The translations under genes and the position numbers were made by a program. A stretch of DNA of 58,482 nucleotides, the filler included, from Sphacelaria rigidula (lineage: Eukaryota), in the NCBI GenBank assembly GCA_964200075.2. It is 10 parts of 10 records of this genome, joined end to end, with 100 filler letters (N's around TTAATTAATTAA, not from the genome) between each part and the next. Parts side by side here need not be neighbours in the genome. Positions count along the whole stretch, not along the records: positions 1 to 5,759 come from CAXNAA020024668.1; positions 5,860 to 11,618 come from CAXNAA020024669.1; positions 11,719 to 17,476 come from CAXNAA020024670.1; 7 more parts are not named here. One strand, 5' to 3'. How positions within the stretch are numbered: position 1 is the stretch's first letter; every line of letters begins with the position of its first letter. Below are positions 1 through 12,529 of the stretch, piece after piece. The notes under the pieces were generated by a model. That model saw only the letters and a program-made list of their open reading frames with translations, had not been told where the DNA came from and did no database searches.

Positions 1-70
1 CGCATCGGGAATCGAACCCCCGTTCTCTCTACCCTAATGGCGACAGTCGGACCATTACCCCAACGGGGCG
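1..70 (-). mobile_element. tRNA-derived SINE head, cut by the window start
   Basis: Minus strand has an A-box-like TGGGGTAATGG and a B-box GGTTCGATTCC; no clean cloverleaf. Confidence 0.55.
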
Positions 71-345
71 CGGCGGCTGTATGTATGTATGTATGTGCCT
101 GTGTTTATCCATGTTTGACGTGACTTTCGTATGAGATGGGCGAGTTTTTTTTGGGGGGGGGGGGGTCGTCGCTTCGACTATTGGAGGCGCGACACTTTAG
201 GGAGTGGACGAGGCACGAAGAACGAGGAGCGTGGAGCGGGCGGGGTAGTTCTACGAACAATTTGACCAACCATCACAGGAGAGAAGAGTAGAGTAAAGTA
301 GGCTGTTGCCTCCATGGTTTTAGAACTACACTACGATATATGATA

Positions 346-988
346 TGTGATGTGTGACACGACCAACAATCTGCGCCTGAGACACTCGAAGCCCACTTTG
401 GAAACCTTGGAGCTAGCCTCTCACCAACAACTGCGCCTATATTCTGGAAACGGGTGGGGTGGGGGGGATGGGGGGTGGTGTAGCATTTTACAACAGGTGT
501 TCCGCGGTGTTTGTTCTCATCTCGTGTGTGGGGACGCGTTCGACGTGCGTGCTCAGGCATGTAGATTGCCAATTAAACCGTTGCTGCTAGCGCGCACTGA
601 ACGGAGAGGGCAGTGAAGAGGCGGGGCACGTCCGCGGGCTCTCCCTCCTCCCTTGGCCCCGAGCCCGTGTGCTGTCCTGTCCTGTCCTCTCTAGGACCCG
701 CGATCGTTGTGCTAAGGGTAGGTGAAGTGCATGGAAGAAGGGCACCGTGGGTTGCGGAGTTGTGCAGTACATTGACCCCGGATAATATTCGAAAACCTAT
801 CCTCGATTGCCCCGTATTCTGCGGTATCGGCCGCTGTCCCCTCGGGGGAAGTAGTGTCATTGGAAATATCTCACCGAAACCTTCCGGTGAACGGGAGGGC
901 ATGCAGGGCGCGGAGTCTTGTGCTTGCAGCGAAAATTGAGGTGCAGTCTCGTCGCCGGGGTGACGGGTAATATACCACACGTCGTACA
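346..988 (+). mobile_element. Putative solo LTR
   Basis: Starts TGTGAT and ends GTCGTACA (TG...CA); the same two termini bound 4118-4471 on the other strand. No target-site duplication found. Confidence 0.4.
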
Positions 989-994
989 AGTCGT

Positions 995-1330
995 GAGCTA
1001 GTTCATCTGCGGGTTGTAGCTCACTTGTAGTCGAAGATTTACGTGTGAGTCACGCCTGGTAGCTCACCCAGGGTAAAAATGAGCTGGTCAGCTACGGGTT
1101 GTTGGCTCGCCCAGGACAAACATGGCGTAGCTCATGTAGCTCTCATAGCTCATCTAGAGCAATCATGTGTAGCTCACGTATTATAGCTCTCATAGCCCAC
1201 CCAGGAAAAGCATGTGCAGCTCACGTAGCTCTCACAGCTCTCACAGATCAGTAAGGAAATACGCTGAAAAAGATCTAGCTCGAGGTACAGGAAGCTGATC
1301 TGTCCGACGTGTGGAGTTTTTGAAAGAAAA
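995..1330. repeat. TAGCTCA-rich dispersed repeat, copy 1 (copy 2 at about 2028-2680)
   Basis: Many TAGCTC(A) motifs; both copies end in similar CTAGCTCGAG...GACGTGTG blocks. Confidence 0.75.
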
Positions 1331-2102
1331 CATTCCGCTCGCGCGCGAAGAATTGAAAACTGGAGTCGAAGCGATATTTGAACATGAGTGACGTGGACGT
1401 ACCAGATCGGATTTTTTCTGTTCCGCCGCACTCTTTCATTTTTTTTTTTCCCATCAAACACCCTTGACCCTAGCCTCTACGGATTGGCTGAAAAAGTGCC
1501 TGAATTACCGTTTGTGAAAAAACAGTGCATAACGGTACAGCACGGTGCAATGTAGAACACCACGCGGTACACTACACTGTGGTACTGTGCAGCGGTACAT
1601 ACAGCTCAACGGTACTGTCAAGAAAATAAGACACAAGCCACCTGGCAACGGTTTTGCACCGTTTGATTCATTGATTGTCGTACTTTTAACTGACCACCCA
1701 TGGGTCCAGCCGTGGTCGCATGATAGACCATGTCACCCCACAAACGATGATGGAAGGCATCATGAACTCTTTCCGAACGACAGTACAGCATTTGCTGCTG
1801 CGCAGTACGTGTAGACTACGAATAGTCCAGACCGTCTTCGTTCAGCTGAACACACGAACCCAAGCGTGGCGGTAGTGCGGAGCCGTGCCAAAGACAACGC
1901 CTTGTGCGTACCGAGCACTTCAATGTCACGCAACCCAAAAACGCGAATGCTGATACCATGGCCGCAGCAGGAAGGTTGCCGGCTGCGACGTCAAGCGTTT
2001 CTACTTCGTGGTTGATGCCTACATCCGGTAGCTCATCCAGGGCAAACACGCGTTGCTCACGTAGCTCTCGTGGCTCATCCAGAGCAATCATGCGTAGCTC
2101 AT

Positions 2103-2380
2103 TACACTTTCTACGATAGCCCCCTCCCCCCCCCCCAAAAAAAAAAAGTGCATGGTTTTGGGAGGCGAAATCTTCACGTAAATCGAAATGAGAAAAGCCG
2201 AGCACAACGATCACGAGCAGCTGGGAATTCCCACGCTTGGGTTCGTTGTCGCCAATGTTGCCAATATGAGGCGCTTCATGTAGCCTGAACCCAAACATCA
2301 GGCGATGTATGGCCATTTTTTCCGTGACATTTTTGGGCTGGTTCGGGGGGGGGAGGGGGTGGGGGTATCGTAGAAAGTGT
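2103..2380. mobile_element. MITE with 15-bp TIRs and 5-bp target-site duplication; related copies at about 55295-55515 and 58240-58482
   Basis: ACACTTTCTACGATA (2104-2118) and TATCGTAGAAAGTGT (2366-2380) are exact reverse complements. CTCAT flanks both sides (2098-2102, 2381-2385), and removing the insert restores the host repeat pattern. Confidence 0.8.
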
Positions 2381-2847
2381 CTCATGTAGCTCTCATACCT
2401 CATCCGGAGCAAGCATGCATAGCTCATGTAAATCTCATAGCTTATCCAGAGGCGAACATGCGTAGCTCATGTAACTCTCATAGTTCACCTAGGGCAAACA
2501 TGCGTAGCTTATGTAGCTTCCATAGCTCACCCAGGACGAAAATACGGTGATGAGCTACGGCTTGGTAGCTCGTCCGGGGCAAATATGCGCAGCTCAGGTA
2601 GTTCTCACAGCTGAGTCGGGAGCTGCGCTAAAAAAAGAGCTAGCTCGAGCTGCAAAAAGCTAATCTGCCTGACGTGTGTAATACCCCCGCCAAAAACAAA
2701 GAAAAAAACGCGTTCCCGGGAATCCCGGGACCCTGAACTCCGTACCGCGGATCCTGTATCCGCCGTGTTTTTTGTCTTGTGACTCATCGTGTTTTTTTGT
2801 CTTTTGTGGCCGATATCCTGCTGTGTGGAATTATCAGGGGAAGATCT

Positions 2848-2912
2848 AGGTCGGTCGGCAGCGCGGGTAGGCGTGGTCGTGGGGTGCCTGCGTTCGATCC
2901 CACCCAGTACCA
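2848..2912 (+). mobile_element. Degenerate tRNA-like SINE head
   Basis: B-box-like GTTCGATCC followed by ...CCA; A box is weak. Confidence 0.35.
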
Positions 2913-3960
2913 ACGGGAGAAGGAGGAGAGACTGAGAAGGTGATGGGTCATACTCTGGGGTATGTGAATCTTGTCATAATCCATCGTCTATGTTTGGTCA
3001 TCCTTCAGCATGTGTTTACCATCCTCCAGAGGGTATGCTTGGTCATATTCCAGTGTATGTGTGCGGGTGCCTGCTCGTCATACTGGCATAATGTGCGCTT
3101 GGATCCGTGCTATACGAATCGCATGTGGCGAGAAAATGTACACGACTGCGAACAATCGACGAAGGTACGCATAGAGTACCCAAGAGGACCATGACGTACG
3201 AATCACGAGTGGATATGGATATGAAGATTCAAATGCAAACCGCAAGTTCTTGTAGTACGACAAATTTGTATGCATTGCGATAATGTAGCGGCGGCGACGA
3301 CTCGGTGCGTTGACACATCAAACCGTTCTGCGGTTGCTTGCTGCTGCTGCTGCTACGGCTACTGCTATTTTCTTGTAGTACGTCAACTTGCATGCGTTGT
3401 ATAGATGTAGTGGCGACGACTGTGCCTTGACAAATCAGGTATCAGTACCATTGCTTGCGTCTCCTGTTGCTGTGGCTGTTGCTTTCGGCCGGGGGGGTGG
3501 CGGGGTGGGGGAGAGGTGAATGTGTGTATCTGTTGCGCTTGTTACTGATTATTATGGGTTGCCAATTTCATGTGACTACCAACTCTGCATGGCCGACCCG
3601 CGTATCAATGACCCGGGCCTGTCATCCCTGTGGCTGTCATCCTCCAATCCCCAGTCTGTGTAATGACCATGCTCCTCAGTCCGGCCAAGACTATGCCACA
3701 CCCCCGTTCATCATGCTACTCCTGTTCTCAAGCTCTTCAATCGCAAGGCCAACCAACTCCAGATCCATCTCGCGCACCCACACGCTCGGTAGACCCCCCA
3801 CACCGAGTGAGAAGCCGTCACCCATTTGCCCTCTGTGTGTCGGTGTCTGTGTCTGTGTCTCCGTGTTTCTCCGTGTTTCTCTGTGTCTGTCTGTATGTCT
3901 GTGTGTGTCTGTGTTCAGGCAAGACGAGGAGCGTCGACGGCGAGAACGTAATGAAATCGG

Positions 3961-4065
3961 CTACTCCTCCGGGCGAGGTTCAGGACGAGATTCCTGGATG
4001 GTGTCATCGTCGGAAAGGGGGCCGGGGTCGTCCTTCTTTGACGGCGGTACGTGCGCAGCCGTTAA
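3961..4065 (-). CDS. Possible terminal exon of an unknown protein (LTAAHVPPSKKDDPGPLSDDDTIQESRPEPRPEE*)
   Basis: CAG acceptor ending at 4066, 34 open codons, then TAG; no recognisable domain. Confidence 0.3.
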   Translation of the reverse strand, partial: LTAAHVPPSKKDDPGPLSDDDTIQESRPEPRPEE

Positions 4066-4117
4066 CTGTACCCACGATCAGAATACCAAACAGTGTGTTA
4101 TTTGTTTCTGACAGTAA

Positions 4118-4471
4118 TGTACGACAGGCCTGCGGACAGCAGGCGTGACTCATCTAACCCGGACTGTGGGTGTGTGTAGGTCTTCGCTCTCCTCACTCGG
4201 TGAAAGGGTACGGAGCGTGTAGAGACGCGACGTGGACTTGGACAGGACGGGCTTGCAAGGCAAGGTAAGGCAAGGCTCAGGGTTGGAACTCAGAGTGCCC
4301 GATTGGGAGGCAGCCGGACTGGGTGCCTTCCAGACGAGGAGTATGACGAGCCCAGACAGGGGATTGGAGGATGACGGTCCCAGGGCGACATGCCCGGGAT
4401 GACGGTCCGGGTTGACTAGCTGGAGTTACTAATTAGTAAGTGGGTCGGGTCATATAGAGGTCCCAATCACA
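4118..4471 (-). mobile_element. Putative solo LTR
   Basis: Minus strand reads TGTGAT...GTCGTACA, the same termini as 346-988. No target-site duplication found. Confidence 0.4.
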
Positions 4472-4836
4472 GAAGAAAAAAAAGCGAGCCGTGGACAACG
4501 GGCGGTCAAAAGTCGCAGTAGCAAAACATTGTACTGCGTCAAGTATAAAGCCTAGTGCGCCCCTATTGCGCCTGATGTTTATTCGGCGTGATGTGCCATA
4601 CTTCACGCGATATATTATTTTCCATCGTAACTAAATAATATGGTGGGGGAGAGATAGAAGGACAGGGAGAGGAGGAAAATTTTGAGAATTGGTTCCCCCC
4701 TCCCCATCTCCGTGAACATGTGGCGCAAAGTAATTTGGTTGCCATTGGAGCCAGATCTCACGCTTACGTATTTACTACAGATGAGAAGATCGGAGTGTAG
4801 CCCTTTTCCACGAGGAAAAAATATGGCACCGTGATT

Positions 4837-4874
<38 letters not shown>

Positions 4875-5759
4875 AAATGGACTGACTGATATAGTTCGTT
4901 GCGTAACTAAAAAAACTGGTGCAATGGCGTCGTTTCAATGTCAAATGTACTCGAAAGAGTCGTTTCAGTACTTACACGAAGTAATTGGGATATTGTGCCC
5001 TTCTAGCCCGCTTTGTCGCAAAACAGCCCCAAATGGGTCACGCCGAGTTTTGGAGTTATACTCCAAATCTCTTCACACAAGTATTATTGAGGAATTTCGG
5101 AGATGTTGACCCGTTTGGAACTCGCGAAAAGCAGTACGAACTCCCACATGCGAGCTTCCGTCACCGGAAAAAAAAAAAGAAGCACTTGGAGTTCGGCTCA
5201 CGAATCTGTCACGTTAGTATACTTGAGGTTAGAGGGGTGCATCATCATCATTATCATCATCATCATCATCATCATCATCAACAACACTTGCAAAGAAACA
5301 ACGAAACCTTGCCCAAAAAAACTTCAAGTGTTGAATCGTCGTTTTTCCATCAACGGTTCCAAAAGGGTTTAGGAACATTTGTTTATTTTCCGTCGGTTTT
5401 CGGGGTTCCAAGATTGGCATGTTACTCAATAGGAATCTGGGGCCCCCAAGAACCGGTACGAAATAATCCATGAAAAAAATGCTCCTCGGATGTTTCGAAA
5501 TGCCTCTATAGTATATGTGTGCAATTTTTCGGAGTATAACTCCAAGAATTGGCGCGAACATTTGCAGATAATTGAGTCTTGGGTCGAAACCATAAACGAA
5601 CGTGCAATGGTATCCGCGCTTCAGAATTGTATATGATACGATAAATATGTAGATGTGGATCGTCTAATGTTTGTTGTGGGATATGATACCGAGTATACCC
5701 CCCCCCCCCGCCCCCCCCCCCCCCAAACAACCGCCCCCGCGTTTAGCCTTGCCTTGGGT

Positions 5760-5859
5760 NNNNNNNNNNNNNNNNNNNNNNNNNNNNNNNNNNNNNNNNN
5801 NNNTTAATTAATTAANNNNNNNNNNNNNNNNNNNNNNNNNNNNNNNNNNNNNNNNNNNN
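5760..5859. other. Artificial contig linker; identical copies at 11619-11718, 17477-17576, 23335-23434, 29193-29292, 35051-35150, 40909-41008, 46767-46866 and 52625-52724
   Basis: 44 N + TTAATTAATTAA (stops in all six frames) + 44 N. The linkers separate segments of 5758-5759 bp, as expected for size-sorted concatenated contigs. Confidence 0.98.
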
Positions 5860-5913
5860 TTTTGTTTGTGTGTGGTGCGGGGTGGGGGGGGGGGTGGGGG
5901 GGGGGGGGGGGGT

Positions 5914-5952
<39 letters not shown>

Positions 5953-8083
5953 CAGTTACCCTCCCTCCCCCTGCGAGGTCCGAAATATGAAAGTGGGGTG
6001 CATGGGTGAATGGCTTTTTTCATGCAGCCCCGTGTTACTTCGACTTTTGAATGTTGTGGGTGCTTTTTGGGACGACTCGAAGATTCTTGTGGCTTGTTCA
6101 AGAATCTCTCGTAGTTGAGTCGCCGGCTAACTACCGAATCACGGTGGACGCTCTCGTGCACATCCACCCACGTCGTGGAGGGGGCGCCGAAGTATGATCG
6201 GGCCGCCGGTAGGCCGTGGTGGTGGAGACATCGCTGGCCATCCCGCCAGGCAACTTGCTAAGGCCCATTATTATCGATAACTTTTTCTCGGAGATCTCCG
6301 AAATTGTCGGGAATGACAAGGTACCTGATGATTCTCGAATGCGTGCGAGAGCCCCAGCGTATTCACAGGGCAGCTCTCCCAACAAAAAGTGTTGCGCTGC
6401 AGTCCGAATTGTTCGGACTTCTCCAAAAGTGAAGTTTCGGGGGGGAAATTAAGCCGCCTCATTCTCGGAGGAGTCTGAACGCAAAGTCCGAAAACTCTGA
6501 AAAAACCCGAGACCTCTGGAAAACAGCGTCGATAATAAATAATGGGTCTACTATAATAGTGCCCCCAGATTCCGTCTGGGATGCGGAATCCGTGGACGGA
6601 AGACAGAATTCGTCAGACTTTATACATCCGCCGCAACTCGGCGGACTCCATCCGTTCAAAATCTGAAATACACAAATTCGCCCCGACGTTTTTTTCGCCA
6701 CGAAGCGCGTCTCTCTATTTTGTTATCTGTTTTCTCCAGCAGAACAACCCGATCATGGTTCAGATTCTGATGCGCGAGACCGCGGGTCAGAGGATTCACA
6801 TACTCGATCTTGATCTAAGTTACCGCAATCATGGAACTAACGTCTCATCACAGTGCTGAACTGCGTACCCGTCGTCCACGCTTTTGAGCGAGCGGTTCCT
6901 GTACAGCCCCTGGAGCGGGAAGCTTCAACGGCGACAATAATGCTCCCAGAGTATATCAAAACAGAGAGCTATATCGAATCGCCATCGTGCAGCTTTCAAT
7001 CCTCGGCTCTGGACTCCTCTTCGCGTGCTTCCGACACTCGTAGAATCCGAGGCAGTTGCATCTTAGCCAGGAGTAGGAGGGTGGGGTGCACTGTGCTGCA
7101 TGTGTCCGCGGCGTTATTGGTGCTGCTTTTTGGTGCTGTATCGTGCGGGCAAGCCTTCGTAGTTGTGGGGGGGGGCGATATGTTGAGCCGGGGAGGTAGA
7201 AGTGTGCTGCTGCGCGAGGCTCGGAGGAGTATACTGGGTGAGTTATGACATTTTCATCAGTTGACTTACCTAAACCTGACTTTGTTGCTGAGTAACGGAT
7301 TTCCATGGGATGCTGATACTGAACGGTTAGAGTACGTTACTGTGTTCATGATACGTGAAGCATGGTTTATGTTTGCAGAGGGAGAAGCTCTTTCATCTCA
7401 GACTTGCATGGTTTGAGGTTGATTGTATATTGTAAAGCACAAGCTGTGGATAGGATCTAGAAACGACAAATCGAGTAGCCCGACATGCCCAGGCCCACAC
7501 CTTACCGCACATGATGGGAGATAACACCCCCCAAATCCCACAAGATTCATGTCGATCTTGTTCAAAACTGCGGTGTCACGACCACTGACGAAGCTTTAAG
7601 CTTGTGAGGCAAGCGCAATCTCTTTTTTTATTTTCAAACACAATCGAGCCTGAAAAACTTACAGCTGTCACTAGGGGTGTTATGCTCCGTCATGCGAAAA
7701 ATACAGCGGGTAGGACGTGCCATTCAGCACTTCAACTGTCTTGTGACAAGGCAAACTCGGAGTCGTGGCGACTCGGAACCATTGTCACACACAAGCAACC
7801 AAAGGTCAAGCACGTGAACAAGGAAGTCTTTGGATGCACTACGGTACAACCATGCAGCAGGCAGGATTGACTGATGTTGATGCTTTTTTGTTACTAAATT
7901 ATATGGTACTTCATTCATTGATCGTCGCGTTGACCCTTTTGATACTGGCAATGGAGAAGTGCTGATTCCGAGGTGCTGTTTTTTAAGAACATACCCAGTA
8001 CGAGCTGGGCCGCCCAAGAAGCCACCAGAAATGTTGAAACGCATGTTCTTCGCTCAATTTTGAATCGTTTTCGATGAAATTTT

Positions 8084-9812
8084 CAAGGTTGTGTTCTATA
8101 GGGTACGGTTTTCTGAATACCCGGGGTATTTTGCCGGGTAACTATCGTACCCGACAGTTCTGTGACTTCTGTGAGACTTTCATACCGGTACCCGACAGTT
8201 CTGTAATCTCTGTGAGACCTTCATACCCTTACCCGATAGTTCTGTAATCTCTGTAAGACTCCTGTACTGTTACCGGGGGGCACGGGTACGCTCTTGATAA
8301 GATACCTGATTGCGGGTACTGTTTTCTGTGCAACCTCCATACCCTACCCGACAGTTTCTGTGAGTTCTGTAAGCCTCCCATACCCTTACCCGACAGTTCT
8401 GTAACTTTTGTACAGAATGTTTACCTGTACCCGGAGCGCGGATATGCTCTTGGAAAAATAACCGATTGCCGGTACCGGTTTTCTGTAGGCCTCCCATACC
8501 GTACCCGACAAGTCCTGTAATTTCTGTAAGACTTGCATCCAGTACATGTACCCGATAGTTCTGTGAGCTCTGTAAGCCTCCCATACCCCTACCCGGGGTT
8601 GGGGTATACCGTTATAGATATGTCCCATTGTGGGTATGAGCACAGGTATATGCCTTGGAAATGTACGGATATACGTTCAATGCCAATACAACCTCATGAC
8701 CTGAACATGTACCTCCCATCGATCAACCCACCCAACCCCTTTATTCAAAACTGCACGCCAACAATAATTCAATGTTGAAAAGTTACTTCGCTTGGGATCT
8801 GACTAGATACAAGGTGCAGCTGAGTGGAAACACGAAACATGAGCAGCCCTGCAGACCGTTAGGATGGATCATCCCCAGACTCGAGTGGTGACTCGAGCGC
8901 GGGTGGTTCATCTGCGCCACCAGAGGATCAAGTAGCAAGACGCACGTCATCGACGTTGATGGTGGTTGTATCGTGGTCATCAAACCCCAGGCCGTTATCG
9001 ACATGTACAACACAGAGCATGATGAGCTGCCACCGAAAGTCGTCAAGGCCGTCGGCAATTTTGTCGCGTGCCGAAGGGCTCCCAGAGAACCGGCAGCCGT
9101 GAATGCTCCTTCACGTACTCTCTAGGAGTGTACGTGAAGCCGACAGATGTTGACGATCCCGTGCACATGTACTACTGCGAGTGTTCGTGTACTCTTCCTC
9201 TATCAACCTCGTGAACCCGTTCAGAGTGTTCGTGAACTATCATCTGTATTTTGCCACTGTTTTAGTGACGTAGGTCCCACCACAGGGGTGGTGATAATAC
9301 CAAGGTGGTGTTCTGTAGGGTACAGTTTTCTGTATACCCGGGGCATTTTGCCGGGTATTTACCGTACCCGACATTTCTGTAAACTCTGTAACATTTCCAT
9401 ACCGGTGCCCGACAGTTGTGCAATCTCTGTGGGACCTTCATACCCGTACCCGATAGTTCTGCGAGTTCTGTAAGCCTCCCGTACCGTTACCGGGGGGCAC
9501 GGGTATGCTCTTGATAAGATACCCGGTTGCGGGTACGGTTTCCCATGCAACCTCCACACCCTACCCGGCAGTTTCTGTGGTCTCTGTAAGTCTCCGATAC
9601 CGATACCCGACAGTTCTGTGAGTTCTGTACAAAAATTTCACTCCAACCCGAGGAGTGGGTATACCCTAAACGAGTTACCCGATTGCCAGTTACCCGATTG
9701 CCGGTACCGGTTTTCTGTAAGACTTTCATACGGGTACCCGACAGTTCTGTCAGTTCTGTAAAGAACCTCATACCCTACAGAACGTACCCGTACCTTACAG
9801 AACACAACCTTG
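8084..9812. mobile_element. TIR element family with GTACCCGACAGTTCTGT subrepeats: two direct copies (8084-about 8612 and 9301-9812) around unrelated DNA
   Basis: Left termini CAAGGT(T/G)GTGTTCT at 8084 and 9301; right terminus AGAACACAACCTTG ending at 9812. The two copies are collinear. Confidence 0.8.
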
Positions 9813-11402
9813 CAATTTTGGATCATTTTCGATTAAATTTTGACACGATGTACAGGACGTATGTCCGAATACCAAACCTTCCATCCCGTGTAGCACAATT
9901 CAACTTCCGCGTGGTACGGATGAAGAATGCTCATTCATACTGCTTGAAGCCATTTTACCCAAATACAAGCGCACGGCGAGCGTGTCAGGTTGTCCGAAAC
10001 ACCCATCTGTCTACGAGTCCTTTTTTCCTGAAATCAAACACCCAACCTATTGTAGCACGGCTCTGTGAATGCTATTCCGCGTTGTACGGGTAGAACCGCA
10101 GTGGTGGGGCGCAGAGTACAAACGCAGCACAGCACGGCGCGACTTTTAGCTCTTTTAAGTCATGACACCGACCACGTGGCCTTCGGAACAGAAAAATACC
10201 AAACCCTTAAAAGTTGGCCACTGTCCACACCTACGTGGTGACAACAAAATATAAAACAAACCTGGGGTTTAAGCGTAAGCAATCCATCATTTTCTCGCTA
10301 ATACCTGAGTTCTGTTTTTTTTTTCTTCCCGAAACTCGCTAATATCACCTGTCATACCGATAAGAATAACGCAATTCTATCCTTGAACCTCTACTAGGCC
10401 GGAGTCGGGGTGTGTATCCCACCGCGGGTTGCTTCGGCTCTGTCCTTTCCCTACCCATATTTATGCACGCACGCCTGGGGGGTCTCCATAAAATCATCTC
10501 CAAGACACTGAATTCCATGACCAAAGACACGGCACCCCACGCTTTCATCACGCTGGAATATTCCGCGGTTCGGATGAATCATTGCCGATTCGAATAACCA
10601 AATCCACAATTTCTTAGGTCTGATTGCTTGGAAGAGAAAAAAAAGTCGCCCGCTCATCAAAAAGGTCTCCTCGCAATTTTTGCTCCATTTCACGTGCCTG
10701 GGCTGCGCGTACCTGGGTTGGAACGGTGAAAACAAAGCCCAAGGATAGATTCGTGCGGTACGAATCAACCACACTGAAATCAAGTGATTTCCAGACGAAT
10801 CATTCATTCGTCTGACCCTTCAAATATTCCACGTCGGGTTTTTCACTGACCAGGTGTACCCCGCCGTTCGTGGACATTTTGGGGATACAGCCACATGTAC
10901 AAATATACTAGACATGACGAGAAAAAAGCACCACATGAACAACACAGCACATCGGGAAAGGGTTACAATGGAAGGGAAATAAGGAGCAAAAAAACAAGTT
11001 AATGTGATGGGGGGGGGCGGATGGTGGAGGTAGGATTCTTTTCTTTCTTTTCTGTGCGAATGGGCCCATATGTGGGTTATCAGCGGCCAGACCGAATCAT
11101 GCCATTTACCAACCATTAACTACTCGTTTTTTTTATTCTCACTGTACTCCTTCTGTTTGCCATATCTTCTCGTCCCCCCTCCCCCCTACTGTTCTTGTTC
11201 CGTCGAAAACCCGCCGTGCTCCTTCCCGACTTTGTAGGAACGCGAGATCAATAGTCATATGACTATGTCAGGCCTAGATCATGAGTATCCCCCCCCCCTT
11301 CTCTTTTTTTTCTCCAGCAAGCCCTTTTGTTTCGTTTACCGTTGGGTACATGTACCTTGTGGATGATGAGTACGGCTAGGTTTCCTCGGGGATCAAGTAA
11401 TA

Positions 11403-11618
11403 TATGTGTGTGTCGTCCCATTTATTCTGGGCGCCAGTACACATCTTTCGGTATATGTGGGCGCATCAGCCAGGGTCACACAGAATGAAGGTCAACACAG
11501 GAGCTCCTTTTTTATTTGTTTTTAGTACCCCACCTTCCTTCTGCAGTGCTTGCCTTTTTGTCTTTTATCGCGAGAGGGGTTCAGCAGTCCCTTTCCCTCG
11601 TCGACCGTTGAGTCGAAT
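11403..11618 (-). mobile_element. tRNA-derived SINE body with (CA)n tail, cut by the contig end
   Basis: Collinear with the reverse complement of about 29905-30122. Confidence 0.75.
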
Positions 11619-11879
11619 NNNNNNNNNNNNNNNNNNNNNNNNNNNNNNNNNNNNNNNNNNNNTTAATTAATTAANNNNNNNNNNNNNNNNNNNNNNNNNN
11701 NNNNNNNNNNNNNNNNNNGATTCGAAATTCTTCGACATACTAAACATGATGCGTTACGGGTTCATCTCCACAGGTTACTTCTTATTCGGAAACATAGGTT
11801 ACTCCAAACACACCTCCTTCCAGCAACGTTTTCTGCGTGTCAGATCCCATGCGCCGGTGACGATGCAGTATGCGGGATT

Positions 11880-12257
11880 TGCCCAGCAGCTGACGCTGCT
11901 CGCAATATAAATTCCTTTTCCCCCAATCTCTGGTTGGAATCGGAGGGAAAAGTAAATACTTATATCGAGCTTCTTCTGTCGTTCAAATTTCGAATCTGCC
12001 AGTGTGCATGGGATTTGCGCAGCAGAAGAAGCTGTTCAAAATAGATCCTTTTTTCGCTTATCCCACAAATGGGCGAAAAAATGATCGATCTTGAACAGCT
12101 TCTTCTGCTCTTCGAAAAAAATCCTCTTTTTTGCCGAAATAAATTGGGCGAGAAGAGGATCTGTTTTGGATCTAGCTTGTCCTGCTGTCCAAAATAAATT
12201 CCTTTTCGCTCGATTGAAATCGGGTGAAGAGGAATTTACCTCGGACAGGAGGACAAG
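11880..12257. repeat. Series of related imperfect hairpins
   Basis: Clear stems at 12021-12109 and 12176-12257; weaker ones at about 11884-11980 and 12105-12178. Confidence 0.7.
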
Positions 12258-12529
12258 GTATTGAAGATATATGAATTTACAGATTTTTTACCAAAATATT
12301 TGGAATTTTCGAAAAAAAAACTGGAGGTTTTTTCACCAAAACACTACCACATGACTGTGCAGAGCTTTGCCGACGTGCCTACACAGGGCTGCAAATCCAA
12401 CCCTGGGAAAAACCCTATCAAAACGCTGCGATGGGTACAGATTTTGCATTTCACTGTCAGGGTTTTTTCACGAAGACTGTGGAGGACCCTGTACGGACCC
12501 TGCACAGTGCGCCCCACAGGGTGCTATCT

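Noticed and set aside
3455..4148. Long plus-strand ORFs
   Set aside because: They are kept open by (GT/CT) low-complexity sequence and show no protein-like motifs.
4985..5473. His-rich protein ORF
   Set aside because: The poly-His is a (CAT)n microsatellite inside repeat DNA.
6131..7306. Degraded gag-like ORFs
   Set aside because: Only a vague resemblance (LGELPCEYAGALARI); no intact knuckle, protease, PBS or LTR.
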